Origin: Paragordius varius
Lineage: Eukaryota > Animalia > Nematomorpha
DNA length: 64,000 bases
Direction of reading: 5' to 3'
Assembly: GCA_964247055.1 (NCBI GenBank)
Contig: OZ176054.1
Coordinates: forward strand, 6,944,001 to 7,008,000
The translations under genes and the position numbers were made by a program. Shown here in pieces: positions 51,291 to 64,000 of this stretch. Positions within the stretch are counted from its first letter, which is position 1, and each line of letters opens with the position of its first letter. The notes beneath the pieces were generated by a model. It did not search any database and was not told the DNA's origin. It saw only the letters and a list, made by a program, of their open reading frames with translations.

Positions 51291-53109
51291 ATAACTGTAA
51301 ATAAGGAATGATTAAAAAATTAAATGCGATTCATTATACATAATAAAAATATGGTAAAAATTCGATCGAAGATTCATTATAAATTAAACAAAAAATCCTT
51401 TAAAGGGTAGATAAAATGTCATAATAATGAGATAATATTAGTCAGTAAGTAATAATATTGCAGATTCTGTTAAACCATTAATTACAATACATGTGTAATA
51501 AAAATGATTGATAACGCATTAAAAAAGGAGGCGTCCCCACAACAAAAAAACTTGTTACGGAATACGAGAGAGTGAGTTAAAGAGCATTATTACTATTAAA
51601 AAGAATAATATATATTAATGAAGGAAAGGAGGATGTTTTATTATATTGTTGTAAGGTACGCATCGCATATTATATAAGTACGTCGTTATAAAGAAATAAA
51701 AGTGCTGAAAAATTGTTAAATCTATATCGATAGAGTGAGATAAAGGAAAGCAGGTAAAAACCAGTATCTATTTATAAAATGAATATACATAAGTTTTATT
51801 TAGTCTATCAAGTTTCGTTATGTAACAAATATATATTATCTACTTTGTCTCTTTTCACAAGTTATAAAATAAAAGTTGGTTCGTTCGACAGTGTTACAAC
51901 GTAAAAAAACAAATCGTAAAATTTATGTATACAAATTATTTTTTATTTTATTCTAGATAACAGTATAAAATAAACGATTGTGGATAATAGTAGTAGAGTA
52001 AAAGATATTTTTTATCTCCAAAGGAACAAAGTAAATGAATGTATAAAATACGCATAAATATTATAAATGAATAATGGTCAGCAGAGATTATAACATGAAT
52101 TTTTTGTATGGTTAAATGAATGTTTGTTAAAACATAATTTGTTTGCTAATGTTGTTTTTATTCATTCAGTTATTGTCTAATGTGCGAGATTAATTAAAAA
52201 ATATTTGTAATAAATTTATAAAGTACTATTAATATTAAATTAGCCTATATTGGTAAATGCTTATATGAAATTATTCGTCGTATTCGTATTTTATTGTATA
52301 TATTTGACTGAAATCAGAATATTTTGATTTTATGAAACATTGGTTATAAAATATCCCAGCTAAATATATTTTTTATATCAAAATTTTTTCATACCTGTTC
52401 CAAGCACATTGGCTATTATTGGAAACTAACATAAAATACGGTAAAAATAAGGTTTATGACATTAACCACATTTAATTAAGGCAAAATGAATGTTTTGGTA
52501 TGAAAATTAACCGATTATAAAAAATTTAGCTCAGTTTCATTGAGGAAAGAGGCGATTTATAAATTAAATTTTAACAGTTTAAAATGATAAGGCTAATCTT
52601 TTAAATCATCAGTCTAAATTAAATAGTGATGGTTATAATGATTGAAACTTGTGTTAAGTACGACGGGTTATAAATCCATGACGGCAACTGCAATCGCTAT
52701 AGAATTAACCAGAAACTATAAAACATGTATTTTGTTTATTTTAAAAGCATTAAGAAGTTTCGAAAGTTAAATATAAAAATTAGTCTGAGTGCTTATGAAC
52801 ATATCCTCAAGTTCAATCAGATTATAAGACAAAAGTTGTTTATTAATCGTTTAAAGTAATTTTAAAAGTTTTAGTAGTATTTAATGCAAATATGATAAGA
52901 TTTTGAAAAAAAATTACATTATAAGTTTTTGTTTTAACACGTGTTTCACTTTTACGACATGAATGGATTCACTTGTTGGGCCAGGCTCTAGTAGCAACCT
53001 AAATACTGTACTTTGATTGTTTATAACCATGACTGGCTGTATATAAGCAGTCACAAAACCCAAGTATGCTACGCACTCCACACATTCGTTTCACCATTTT
53101 CTTATTTAA

Positions 53110-53618
53110 CACTTCATTACCTTTTCACTTTTTGTCCTAGTTTACCTATTGGGAATGTTTATTATCCCAGAGCTCAATTTTGTAAATAAACTACAGTTAA
53201 AGTTATTTTATTCTCATGTAATTAAAAAGTTTATATTTATAGTTTTGTGACTTCAATCTAAAATTGGGACAGTTCTAAAACACGATTGAAACGAACAGCT
53301 GATATTGAATCAAATATATCAAGTTTTTGTGGTAAAATGTAGTCTGAAAGCCTCTCAAAGTTGATTATTTACATTTTCTGACCATAATATTTATTTTTGC
53401 CTGTTGCATTAGCGAGAAAATATAATTATGAAAAAAATGGCGGAAAAAAAGTTTGAGATGAGAATTTACAACCATTTTTTAGTAAACTTTTTGTATAATG
53501 GGCAAAGACTAGAGTAGACATATTTTCCAATTCGGTTTGATACCTTAAAGACCTTTTTAAGATATTCAAATTTCAAATAGCTCTGGGATATAAAACTACC
53601 CCAAAAGGTAATGGAGTG
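53110..53618. mobile_element. piggyBac-like MITE family D, 509 bp
   Basis: TTAA|CACTTCATTACCTTTT...AAAAGGTAATGGAGTG|TTAA: 16-bp TIR with 1 mismatch and TTAA on both sides. Confidence 0.85.
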
Positions 53619-54739
53619 TTAAGGTCTAATTTTTTAAAATAAAATTCATTTTTTGATTATAATTGCTGCTAGGGATTGGTCAGACCATATTTGTACTTTC
53701 AGTAGGCGAAACTTAAATATATACATGATTTCGAAATTTCCAATCACGTTTGTAGTTTTAGTGAATCAAAAAAGAGACTTGATGGTCATTTAAAATTAAT
53801 TTAACAATGTACATGCTTCAATTACAATTATTTTTTGCCAAGTGAACAGTGTAAATCAATGAAAATTCTAAAAAAATTGGATTGAACCGGATTCGAGTTA
53901 ATTCCTACATCCGAGGCTGTTTTCAGAATTTTAAACTAAACAAGCGAGTCCAACTAGAACCAGGTTATTTTCAATGATATATTGAATTACGGTAAAAGCT
54001 TATAATTTTTAAGAGTATTGAATAATGAGTTTTTGGATTGTATTCAGTTATATATAAATATCCCAAAAATATAAATTATACGACTTAATTACATTTGCTA
54101 AACTAATTAAAAAAATACCTTCCCTATGATCGAAGGGGATGAGGCCTTTATTGAATTTAAAAAGGACTAATTACGTTTCCGCACACATATTTTAATAAAT
54201 TAAATGATTAATTAATTATGTTCTCATCTTTTTCCGAAAAATTGGTTACATTTTGGGAGACATATTTGGCAAAAAAAATGTGATTTAGTGGCTAAAAGGG
54301 ACTTATTCAAGAAAATTGTGCTTGAAAATTTTTTAAGACTCATTGGCAAGCTTTATTTAGATTGGGTGGGTTGGCCAAGGACCTATTAAAAAAGGACCTA
54401 ACTATTTTTCGTTTATACGATTGCTAAAACTATTATGAGTTCATATCTCATAACTAGAAAAAAAATTACTGTTTACCTTATTTTTAAATGGTTGCCATTT
54501 TAGAAAAGGTGAAGTGCAGGGGTACGAAAAAAGCGTAGGCTAAAATTAGTGCCTCATAAATATTTAAGTGCCGTATTTTAGAGAGAGAGAGAGTGACGCC
54601 TGGCGGATATTTTAAGCGTAAAATATTTGCATTGGTGACGGTTTAACTAAAACCGTAATATGAAATGTTTACATAACTTAACCAAAAATTCAAAGTCAAG
54701 TTAAATAATGTTATCAACATAGAGTGGAGCCCTAGGCAT

Positions 54740-55100
54740 TGGTATTATAAAAAAGCGCTTAGGTAAATTTGCCCTTGTAGTGGGAATACTTAAAATTACG
54801 ATTAATATCATGACTCTAGCAAAAAATTGCTTCAGATTATTTTTGGGGACTTGAGTTTTCAAATAATTTTCGGCAAAGCGGCTAAATATAAGGAATAATT
54901 TAAAAAAAAAATTCGATTAGGTCAGGCGCATTCGTAAAATATAATAAAATAGAAATTGGAGTTCACACGTGTTCCGTAAATTGCAAAAAATAGGTATTTT
55001 TTTGGACTTCTCTTTTTTAAAAAAACTTGAATTTTACGGGATGGGGGTTAAAGGGGCCGTTTCAAAATTGGACTTGACTCTAGTCGGCACATAATTTGAA
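54740..55100 (-). repeat. Old diverged fragment of repeat family A
   Basis: AAAAAAGCGCTT..AAATTTGCCCTT..GGGAATAC resembles the inverted array unit. TTTTACGGGA..TAAAGGGGCC..GACT..GTCGGCAC resembles 11895-11931 joined to 13885-13915. Confidence 0.5.
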
Positions 55101-56399
55101 TGAGCCTAGACATTTTTCAAAAAATCAAAGTTTGCATCATACAATTTACGTATATTAACATGTATAGTTTTTTGATACTCATAAGTAGCATGCAATAGTG
55201 TTTTGTAGCTTTATGGTCATATTTATTCACATTGTATCTAAAAATAGGCTTTATCTAACCATTTAATCAATAAAATGTATTACCGTGTTTATCTTTTAAA
55301 AAATCTTTGGAATACCATTTCCCGAATCAGGGTCAAATAACTTTGAACGGTTTGGAAGTAATATTTGCACAAGGAATACCATGCTGTAGATATTATAGTA
55401 TATTGCACAGCTTTTACCAGTGTAAATATGAAAAAAAAAAATAAAAAATTGGGTGTTAAATAATTTTGCTATGGCCTTAGTTTTATATTAATTTTACAGA
55501 AAATCAGTTTTATTTTCAGATATAATGTTTATTTTTATTATTGGTAGGATGGCGTATAAAAAATACTAAGCGAAAAAAGTTTCCTTTGGGGTAAAATGAT
55601 TCGGTTAGGAAAAAGCTTACGCCCATCTATAAAAACCTAAACCGACTTAATGTGTGGTAAACCTTAAATTAAAAAATATGTGAAGGCGTTAAAAAAGTTT
55701 TGGTTGCATGAATAGGATATAAACGACTTGAGTGCAAAGAACGATTAGTAAAAGGTATATTTTTGATGGCTTTAAAGGTACAGTTTGGGCAAATTGGGTT
55801 AGTTTCGGGAAACATAAAGTCCCGGTTAAATTTAAACCTTGCATACATTAATGTTTTACATATTTATAGAAAGTCGATTTCAAGTGTAAAATGCAGTTCC
55901 TTTTATAAAATCGGTAAAAGTCACAAAAATTTACTAATGCCCCTTCTCTTTATAAAATAAAATATAAAAATTATAAACAGAAAAAATCATTGCAAAATAA
56001 GATATGATTACGATAAAAATTATAAAAAATATTCGAACCGTTCTTTAGTTTATATGCGGATTCAGAAATGTCAATATTCCATTAGGGTTTCACAAAAAAA
56101 GTTTCGGCGGCTCCAGACCTTATAAAATAGAAGTCAAACGTATTTAGATTATTTTAAATCAATTTCCCAACAAATATTGCCCCAATCAACTCAAGTATAT
56201 TTGGCTTGGAATTATATATCCTAAAATTATATTAACATATGACCATTGGTCAAATTTTTATAAAAACTTAATGGCAGGTTAAAAAAAATCAGCAAAAATT
56301 AAACTCAACAAAAAAATTATGTTAGAAGTTCCAATAAAAAATAATGGGCCTGTGTGCTTATCAAATAGCACAATGCACACAAGTAGAATACTCTAGAAA

Positions 56400-57310
56400 A
56401 ATGTATCAGCATTCTCATGGTCCTTTGGGTTTTGGGCTTGAAAAAGAAAATTCGTAGTTTTATATGGTAATTGCTTCTTATCGAAAAATCGCAAAATTAA
56501 CGAAAATGATGCTAAATCGGTGAAAGCTTAATGCTTCATTCCAAAAAAGATATTTATCGTAAACTACATTCAAGTAAAAAAAATGTTATTATTAAATGTG
56601 AGCTACGACACTCCGCTAAAGTTTTTTACCCCTTATAAATGGAGTAGCTTTCTAAAAATAGACGCAAAAATGCCGAGATTGCACGATAAAAAATTTAATA
56701 TATGCTAGACTATGACATCAAAAAAATAGAAAAAACGCATACTTTGTTAATTTTTTTGCAAAATTTTGTTACACCGTAATTTATGTTATTTTAAAGCATG
56801 GTTGAAACGGTATAAAACATTTTAGAATAAAAAAATCTTAAATTTGAAAACCAACAAAGCTTTTAATCAAAACTTTGAGGTGATAATTTTCAGCAGCACC
56901 AAATTATAAAAGAGTGCTTATCACCTTGCTTAAAATAATCATAAGTGCTTCCACAAAATTGCTAAAAAAAATTTAAACAAAAGGTCTACGTTTTTAAAAA
57001 AAATTGTTTTAATATCATCTACCCCATATTAAAAAATTTATCGCGCAATCTCGGCATTTTCGCGTTTACTTTATAAAGCTAGCCCACTTTACGGGGGCTA
57101 AAAAATCGAGACTTAGGGAGAATCCAATATTAAAAACTGTTTTTCTTTTTAAATGTAGTTTGTGTATATTTTAATTTTATTTTTTGGAGGAAAGCATCTG
57201 CTATCAAAAAATTTATTTAACATAATGTGCGCTTTAGATGTAGAGCAATTACCAGTTGAAGTTCTTAAATAACTCGTAAGGCCCAAAAGCACCATAAGAA
57301 TCCTGTGACG
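56400..57310. mobile_element. Foldback/MITE-like element with long imperfect inverted arms
   Basis: AAAATGCCGAGATTGCACGATAAA (about 56668) is inverted as TTTATCGCGCAATCTCGGCATTTT (about 57037). Weaker outer inverted matches (TGGTAATTGCT, ATTCT.ATGGT). Ends uncertain. Confidence 0.6.
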
Positions 57311-58458
57311 CTTATCTATTTAAATCAAATATTTCATCAAAATATCATACAACCTCCTAATTTTGCGCACTGTATAATAATAATATAAATTTAAAATTTA
57401 TATTTTTTACATTCAATGAAAAATTGAATTTGAGTGGGTATTTTTGTGAGCGGTCACAGTCACGGCCATAGACTTGTGCAATAAATCAATTTGTCAAGGC
57501 AATATAAATTGTGATTACTTCCGTTACTACAAGAATCACGTAGTCATTACACATAACTAGTATATATGGCTAAAAAATATTATTATAACCTGAAAACTGT
57601 GTAAGGTAAAAACTCAAAGGTTTACTACAAAATTAATGTTAAAACAGTGGAAAAAAGTTGTTAATTTCAACCATTTGTTTGTTACCATACACTACTGTAA
57701 AACAAATACATATGTGATAAAGTTGTCATATTATTTAGTAAAATTTTGTGTCCAAAGTTCAAAAACCATAATGGGTGTGTTACGTGATATGACTTTACTC
57801 CTATAAATATTTTTTTGCATTTATAATCGAGTACAAATATAAGGTATCAAAAAAATTACAATCGTATAACGTTTTTAATGTTAAGTTAAAGTTGTAAACA
57901 AAAAAAGAAGCAACCAAATTTTACAGACTAAGTTTACAGTAACGAGAACTATTATTGGTCATTTGGATTTTTGAATCGGCTAAAATGCGATTTAATTTAC
58001 ATGTCTGTAACCATTTATAAGATTCGTTTTTATTAGTTGGATTTTGGATTGTGGTGAAAATACAGTGTTCAATATTATGTAACTAATAAATAATCTCATT
58101 CATGTAAAGTAAACTCCTTTTAAGCATTTAAATACCGAAATGGCCAATGATGGCTCCTCTTACTCCTAATATAATCCAAACTCCTACCAAAAAATCCAAA
58201 TTAAGAATGATAAAATTGAAAGTTGCAAAGATCAGAATTTCCTCAAAACAAACTTTCTAGTATTAGAGAAAAAAGACTGAAAAATTAGAAAAAAATATGC
58301 GAGAGATTGCAACATTCATCAATTATATTCTGTCATGTACTACTGTGTAAAAACGGAAATAAATAAAAATGACCTAATATTTTTTGCAACAAAAAATTAT
58401 AAATGTTTGTAATGGGTCGTAAGCAAACAATATATAATATATAGACACTTAATTAAAT

Positions 58459-59873
58459 ACCGGAAGTTATATAATTTAAAAATACCTGGCACGATTATTA
58501 TAATAGAGAAAAATATGTTTTTTCAATCCAAATTCGAGGGATCGATGGAATATCGAATTTCTTTCAAAGATTTATTCATGTTGGATAAAAACTACAAGCG
58601 AAGGGTATATAGGGAGATAGATGTTGGTAAAAAAGTATTATGATTTATAATTAGAACCATATTTAATGAAAAAAAATTGTTTTAATAAATTCTCAGAAAC
58701 GAATAATGCCATACACAGTAGAGTAAATGATGCATGCACAATTTTCATCATAAAAATGGTGGAATAGAATATTAGAGCTTTTGTACATTCCACTGCCAGT
58801 ATAAAATTATTAACTCTATTAAATAAAGAATTGTAATTTCCTGGATATAATTAAAATCATTTAATAAAAAATATATTTTTGGAGGTTTTAAAAAGAGTAA
58901 AAGGGTAAGAGAAGGTGTGTTTTACGTATTATAGTATGTAAAACAAACAAATATTCGATATTCAATAAAAGTACAAATAAAATAATATGTAATCCTCCTC
59001 AAAAAGGATATATTTAGCGATGTAAGTAAAAATAAAATTATTAATTTAAAATTAAAATTTTTCGTAAGTTTAACAAAAAAAATAGTTTTTTAATAATTTG
59101 TATAAGAGCGCGCTTGTTAACTCTGTAAAAAAAACACGTTATATGAAAACAATAGATGATAAAATTTTATTACATATTACAATTATTATCATAGAGGAGA
59201 AGCAAGCAAACAAGCAGGCTTAAAATATGAAACAAAATATTATAATACATTGTTTGTTTCCGGTGGTAATTAAAACGCAAATATATGTAAATTTTATTTT
59301 TTTTCCTACGTTGCTTATTACCTTATTTTTTATACTTTTGTAATACTAAAAACATAATTTTTTAATGATCTGTCATCTCATCTTTCCTCCCTACGAGATG
59401 ACAAACTATGCACTAAAAAGTTTGCATCGGTTTATATTGGTTTAATTATTATCAATTTTTTAAATATAATTAATTATATGCATATATGAATCCACAACAG
59501 TAAAAATTGGTGCATAATTGGTAATTAAAGAAAAAATATTAAAATTTAATGATATTAAATTTATACAAACGCAAATAAATAAAAACCTTCCGGAAGTCAT
59601 CATCGTTTAACTATGATGTAAAAGTTTTGATTCTATTTTTATTTCAACAATAACTATAATTTTGCGAACAATCTGAGCTTTGTATTTCTATTTTAAATAT
59701 CAATGGCTAGCTATCTACCTAGAAAATTTATAAAAATACATGTTTTATTTATAAAAGCTCCCTCCACCTCAGATTCCGTATAAAGTGTTAATTTATATTT
59801 ATTTAACTTATTTGGTCGTCCTCCTTTTACGTATTGTGTGTTGATCGTAGTTATGAAATATAGTACCGGAAGT
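58459..59873. promoter_or_regulatory. Cluster of ETS-consensus sites upstream of the Sprouty-like gene
   Basis: ACCGGAAGT at 58459 and 59865, CCGGAAGT at 59590, TTTCCGGT near 59257. Function inferred. Confidence 0.45.
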
Positions 59874-62510
59874 TGGCCTAACCTTCACAATGTATAACAC
59901 ATTTTCAAATATTTATACAATGTTATCAAGAATTATAATAATAGTATCTTGTTTAAACTGTTATCATGTATATAATGTAATAGTTTGCATATAATTTTTT
60001 GCAGGTAAAAGAGGTAGGTATTTAATTTATTTCTCTATACCCTGCTTTTAAGTTAATTTTATTTCTACTAAAAAACTTAAATTTACGACCAACTGTGTAA
60101 TAGCAATAAAAATACCGATAAAGGAAATAGCAATAATAAATATATATATAATAAACGATCAAATATATATTTAATGGAAACTGGTTAGTTTGTCGAAAAC
60201 CTATTTCATTAAATTGCAAAAATTAGATGTGGACCTTGTGAGTTCAGTATCAAATACTTTGAAAATAATTTTAATAACGTATTGAATATTAAAGACTAAT
60301 CTTAAATGTAAAAGTTTATGTACACCTTAGATTTTAAAACAACCTTTCTAGTCGTATAAATAAAAAACAATATTTTTAATCCACGATAAAAAATAATAAT
60401 ATTATTAAAGTTTGAACTTTTAAAGTACTATAGTTTTTCAACTTCAATACTTGTTAAATTACAAATTATATGATATATTTTTTAATTTAATTATATATTT
60501 GTTCTCAATATATTTCGAATAAGAATGAATGTTCAAAATATAAACGGAAATAACTAAATACGAAATTATTAATACAGGAAGTCTCAACTATAAATTTAAT
60601 TAAGCTCAAACAATATTATGGTGAAAAAAGTAATAAAAATTTGAAGAGTTGCTTTGTGAAAATTTTACCCTTACGTAACGCATGCCAAAACACAAAAGTG
60701 CTAAAATAATTTTAAATAAGTTTCAGACAGTCTGACTCCAAAAATTGTACAATTTGGGTATCTCGATTGTTCACAAAAAAGTTCTTATTTTACGAAAAAG
60801 TAAGGCGAAAACGTAGATTTTAGTTTTTTTTATATTCAACTATTTTTGTAACACAAACAACAAATTGCACCAAACTTTATATGATGTACTTTTTTTGCTC
60901 ACATCAACAGGCATAAACTTACACACTATACACACAGTTTACAATTGTATAAATTTAAAATGGTGTATGAATTATTAAAATATGATTTTTATAATAAATG
61001 ACTAGCTGTAGCCAGATAGCCTCCTTCCACATCTTGTGTTTTTTGTTCTATTGTTTTCATATTTCATAGATTGCACATCCAAATTCAAGAAATCCAAAGT
61101 TTTAACTTCAAAACTTTATTTAAATCTTTTATTTTTCATATTCAATTGTGTTTGATTTAAAAAAGTGTCAAATAATAATTAACTAAAATTTTTTGATTGC
61201 TTAATTAGCAATATATTTATTATTAACATTAGTGCTTGATTTTATAATTTACTTTAAAGTTTACACGGTTGAGAATAGTACGCAAAAAACAACCAACACT
61301 CTACTGAAGCGTTTTTTCGGAATGCGGCCGATACATGGATCTTTGAGTTTTTTTAACCAAATAAAATTTATTTTCAAAAATAAAAATACTACAAAGAACA
61401 CTTTTTAGCATAATATAAAAGAATTTCTTTGATCAATAACTGAACGAACAGTTTCTATAATTTATGAATTTTGATTTTAACAGTGATTTAGGAAATTATA
61501 TATTTTTTTGTGGTAAATGAGTTAAAAAATGCTTGTCAATAATATTTGCTGCATATTATATCAGATAATTTATTATATTTACAAAATATATAAATTGATT
61601 AACAATGCATCTTTCAACAATTATGTAAAAGGCGGATGTTCAGCGGTAAAGATTATTTTATCTATTTTTGAATATAATTTGGGAAATCAAAATAGACCAT
61701 AATTTAAGCATCTAAATATACATATTTTATAATACTTCGGGGACCCTACCCTATTTTTTTATAAAGTGTAGATAAAGGTTTTGGAAGAATACAATAATTT
61801 ATTATTGTTCTGTGTTTTAATTGTTTCTATTGGTATGCTCATGTAGGGGATTTCAGCAGCCCTCCAAAATTTTTCTGGGGCCTGCGAGAAATTTAAAATG
61901 CAAAATTTTACAAAATATGGGAAAAATATATTATTATAAAAAAAATTTCTGATAAATCTTTCCGAATTTCGGCAAAGAACTTGCTAAAAATATTAAAATA
62001 AATGGTTGTTTGTGCAGTCTTAGTTCTTAAATCTATTAATATATATTTTAATGCCAATATATTTTTCAAATGTGGTCCGCGAAGCCATATGTGTTGGACA
62101 CCTGCTTTAGATTTTTCATTTCTAGTAGTTAACATTAAAAATTATTGGTTTATATCAAATTTCAACACGAGGCGACTGTATTTTCTTTACACTTTCAATT
62201 ACATATGTAACTAATAAAAATCGATACATACCAATATGGTAATTATTTACCTCTTTAGCCAATCAAAATATCGAAATCGTCATTAATAGCTATCATTTAT
62301 AAATATGGGGGAATTAATGTAAAAACCAAAAATTTTAACAACAGATTATTATCAATATTTTGTCTAAAACCATACTTTTAAATATATCATGTATTAGAAA
62401 TAATTAAAAGTGAAAATAAAAAAGCTTATTATAGCACCCAAATTTAATATTCAAAAAGCTATCTAGGGCATAACTAACACTGACCCATGTTCGGGTAAGT
62501 ATTACTTGCG

Positions 62511-62622
62511 TCCTTATGCTTAAATCCTTATGCTTAAATCCTTATACTTAAATCCTTATGCTTAAATCCTTATACTTACGTCCTTATGCTTAAATCCTTA
62601 TGCTTACGTCCTTATGCTTACA
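62511..62622. repeat. Minisatellite, 8 x 14 bp (TCCTTATGCTTAAA)
   Basis: Direct reading; variants G>A at unit position 8 and AA>CG at the unit end. Confidence 0.95.
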
Positions 62623-63702
62623 TTTTTGAATAAAAATAATACATTCATCATAAGTCTGCTCCTAGTAGACTTATTAAAATTTCAAAGTGGCATAACTTTA
62701 AAAATATTGTGAATTTTTTAATTCTGTAAATTGGAGGAGGAAAAGTAAGGTATATTTAACAAATAATTTATAGGTTTGAGTAATGTTGCTTCAATCTTTT
62801 GGCATTAAAAGGGGTTTTTCACAACCCCTGTTAAAAAATAGAAAATTCCTAAAACATGCATACAAAATCAAAAGTTTTTAGAAGAAACAGGTATGCATTT
62901 TATCCAACTATATTTTTTAGATTTATTTGAGTCATGGAAAACGAAATATTTGCATACTTTGTGAAATAAAAAAATCTATCCAGTTTTTCAGATTCTTTAA
63001 ATTGGAGGATAAAAATGATGTATATATAACAAATTATCCATAGGTTTTAAAAATCGAATGATCGCATACACATCTTAGTGAACTAAGCTTCTTGAAAAAA
63101 TATATCTGGAACATACATGTAACACCCAAAGTTTTTTAGGTGCAATTGATTTAACCATATTTTTTAGATTTCGATGTCATGGCGATCGAATTATCTGCGC
63201 ACTTTTTGCATTTTGAGGATGAAGCATTGAAGAATCTACTTATTTTATTGGATTTTCATAAAATTTTTACTATTTGATATATAAAATATATATTTATGTT
63301 TATTATCAATAAATATATATTTTGAATTTACTTTAGTTGCAAGCGTCTAAAAATCATTTTAATCCACAGTGCACAAAATCGGAGGCTATAAAAAATATTA
63401 TGATCAATCAAATATAAAGTATATTAGGAGTATCATGGTGCTTGGTTTTAGGTCTAACGAATAATATTCAGGTATATCCAATTTTGTGGTAATTGTTCCT
63501 TATCGAAAGGTTGCAAATTAGGCAAACTTATTTGGAGTCTACGCTTAAAATTCTAAACTTTATTTTGGTTTTAAAATATAGTTTATAATTAAATGATATT
63601 ATTAAAGGAAATTAAACTTTGACCAAAAAGACCCCTAAATATTTCCCCAAATTTAAAGCAAAAGCTAATCAAAATTTTGAGTCGATAGAAATGTACATCA
63701 AG

Positions 63703-64000
63703 AAATCTATATATTTATAAAAATGGAAAATGCTGGCTTTGTGATCTGGTACAGGAAAACCGGTAGACTCAATCAAATCCAAATATCGATAAAATATAAT
63801 CATTAATAAATGTCCCGACAATAGCTTCGCCCTTTTTTTGAAATAGGCCCCCAGTTCGGGCCCACCCCGTATGAAAAACGGGTTTTTTTTGAAAACAGAA
63901 GTCCACAAAATCGTGTTTTTGAGACAATTTTCCGGAGAACGTGTTGGACCATTCAATTTCAAATATGATTTTTGTTTACTTATTTTCGATTGCGCCGAAC
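63703..64000 (+). repeat. Dispersed repeat family A, copy 3 (runs off the window end)
   Basis: Reverse complement of about 13905-14185; the end matches 4750-4818. Confidence 0.88.

Noticed and set aside
57462-57480. ACGGCCATA resembling the 5S rRNA start
   Set aside because: No match beyond 9 nt and no internal A/C boxes.
58150-58260. Short open frames on both strands (36 aa on plus; hydrophobic stretch on minus)
   Set aside because: Too short, no recognisable family, no convincing splice context.
62070-62104. Charlie-like hAT right end (GTTGGACACCTG)
   Set aside because: No matching left TIR or TSD found upstream; at most a solitary end.

Overview
AT-rich eukaryotic (animal-like) DNA, roughly one quarter GC by eye. 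Four host genes are supported: MRPS33 (minus, 2 exons), LTN1/listerin (plus, about 15.2-29.9 kb), XPOT/exportin-T (plus, about 31.6-44.1 kb) and a divergent Sprouty-like ORF (minus, 50.2-51.3 kb) with about 12 kb of non-coding DNA upstream. The rest is nested, decayed mobile DNA: two RTE-like LINE relics, three hAT elements with exact 8-bp TSDs, a mariner relic, several MITE families and a dispersed repeat with an internal ~330-bp tandem array. The most unusual signals are (1) 22-26 nt introns that all start GTT and are all non-3n, alongside longer introns that mostly start GTA; (2) a hAT element carrying an inverted, serially deleted copy of its own transposase; (3) an inverted duplication of a LINE 3' end inside the mariner; (4) a cluster of exact ETS sites around the Sprouty-like gene. 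I found no rRNA, tRNA or CRISPR array. The organism cannot be determined from sequence alone; a reduced AT-rich animal parasite is a plausible guess. Gene calls rest on recalled homologue motifs, not database searches, and internal exon boundaries are manual and partly approximate.
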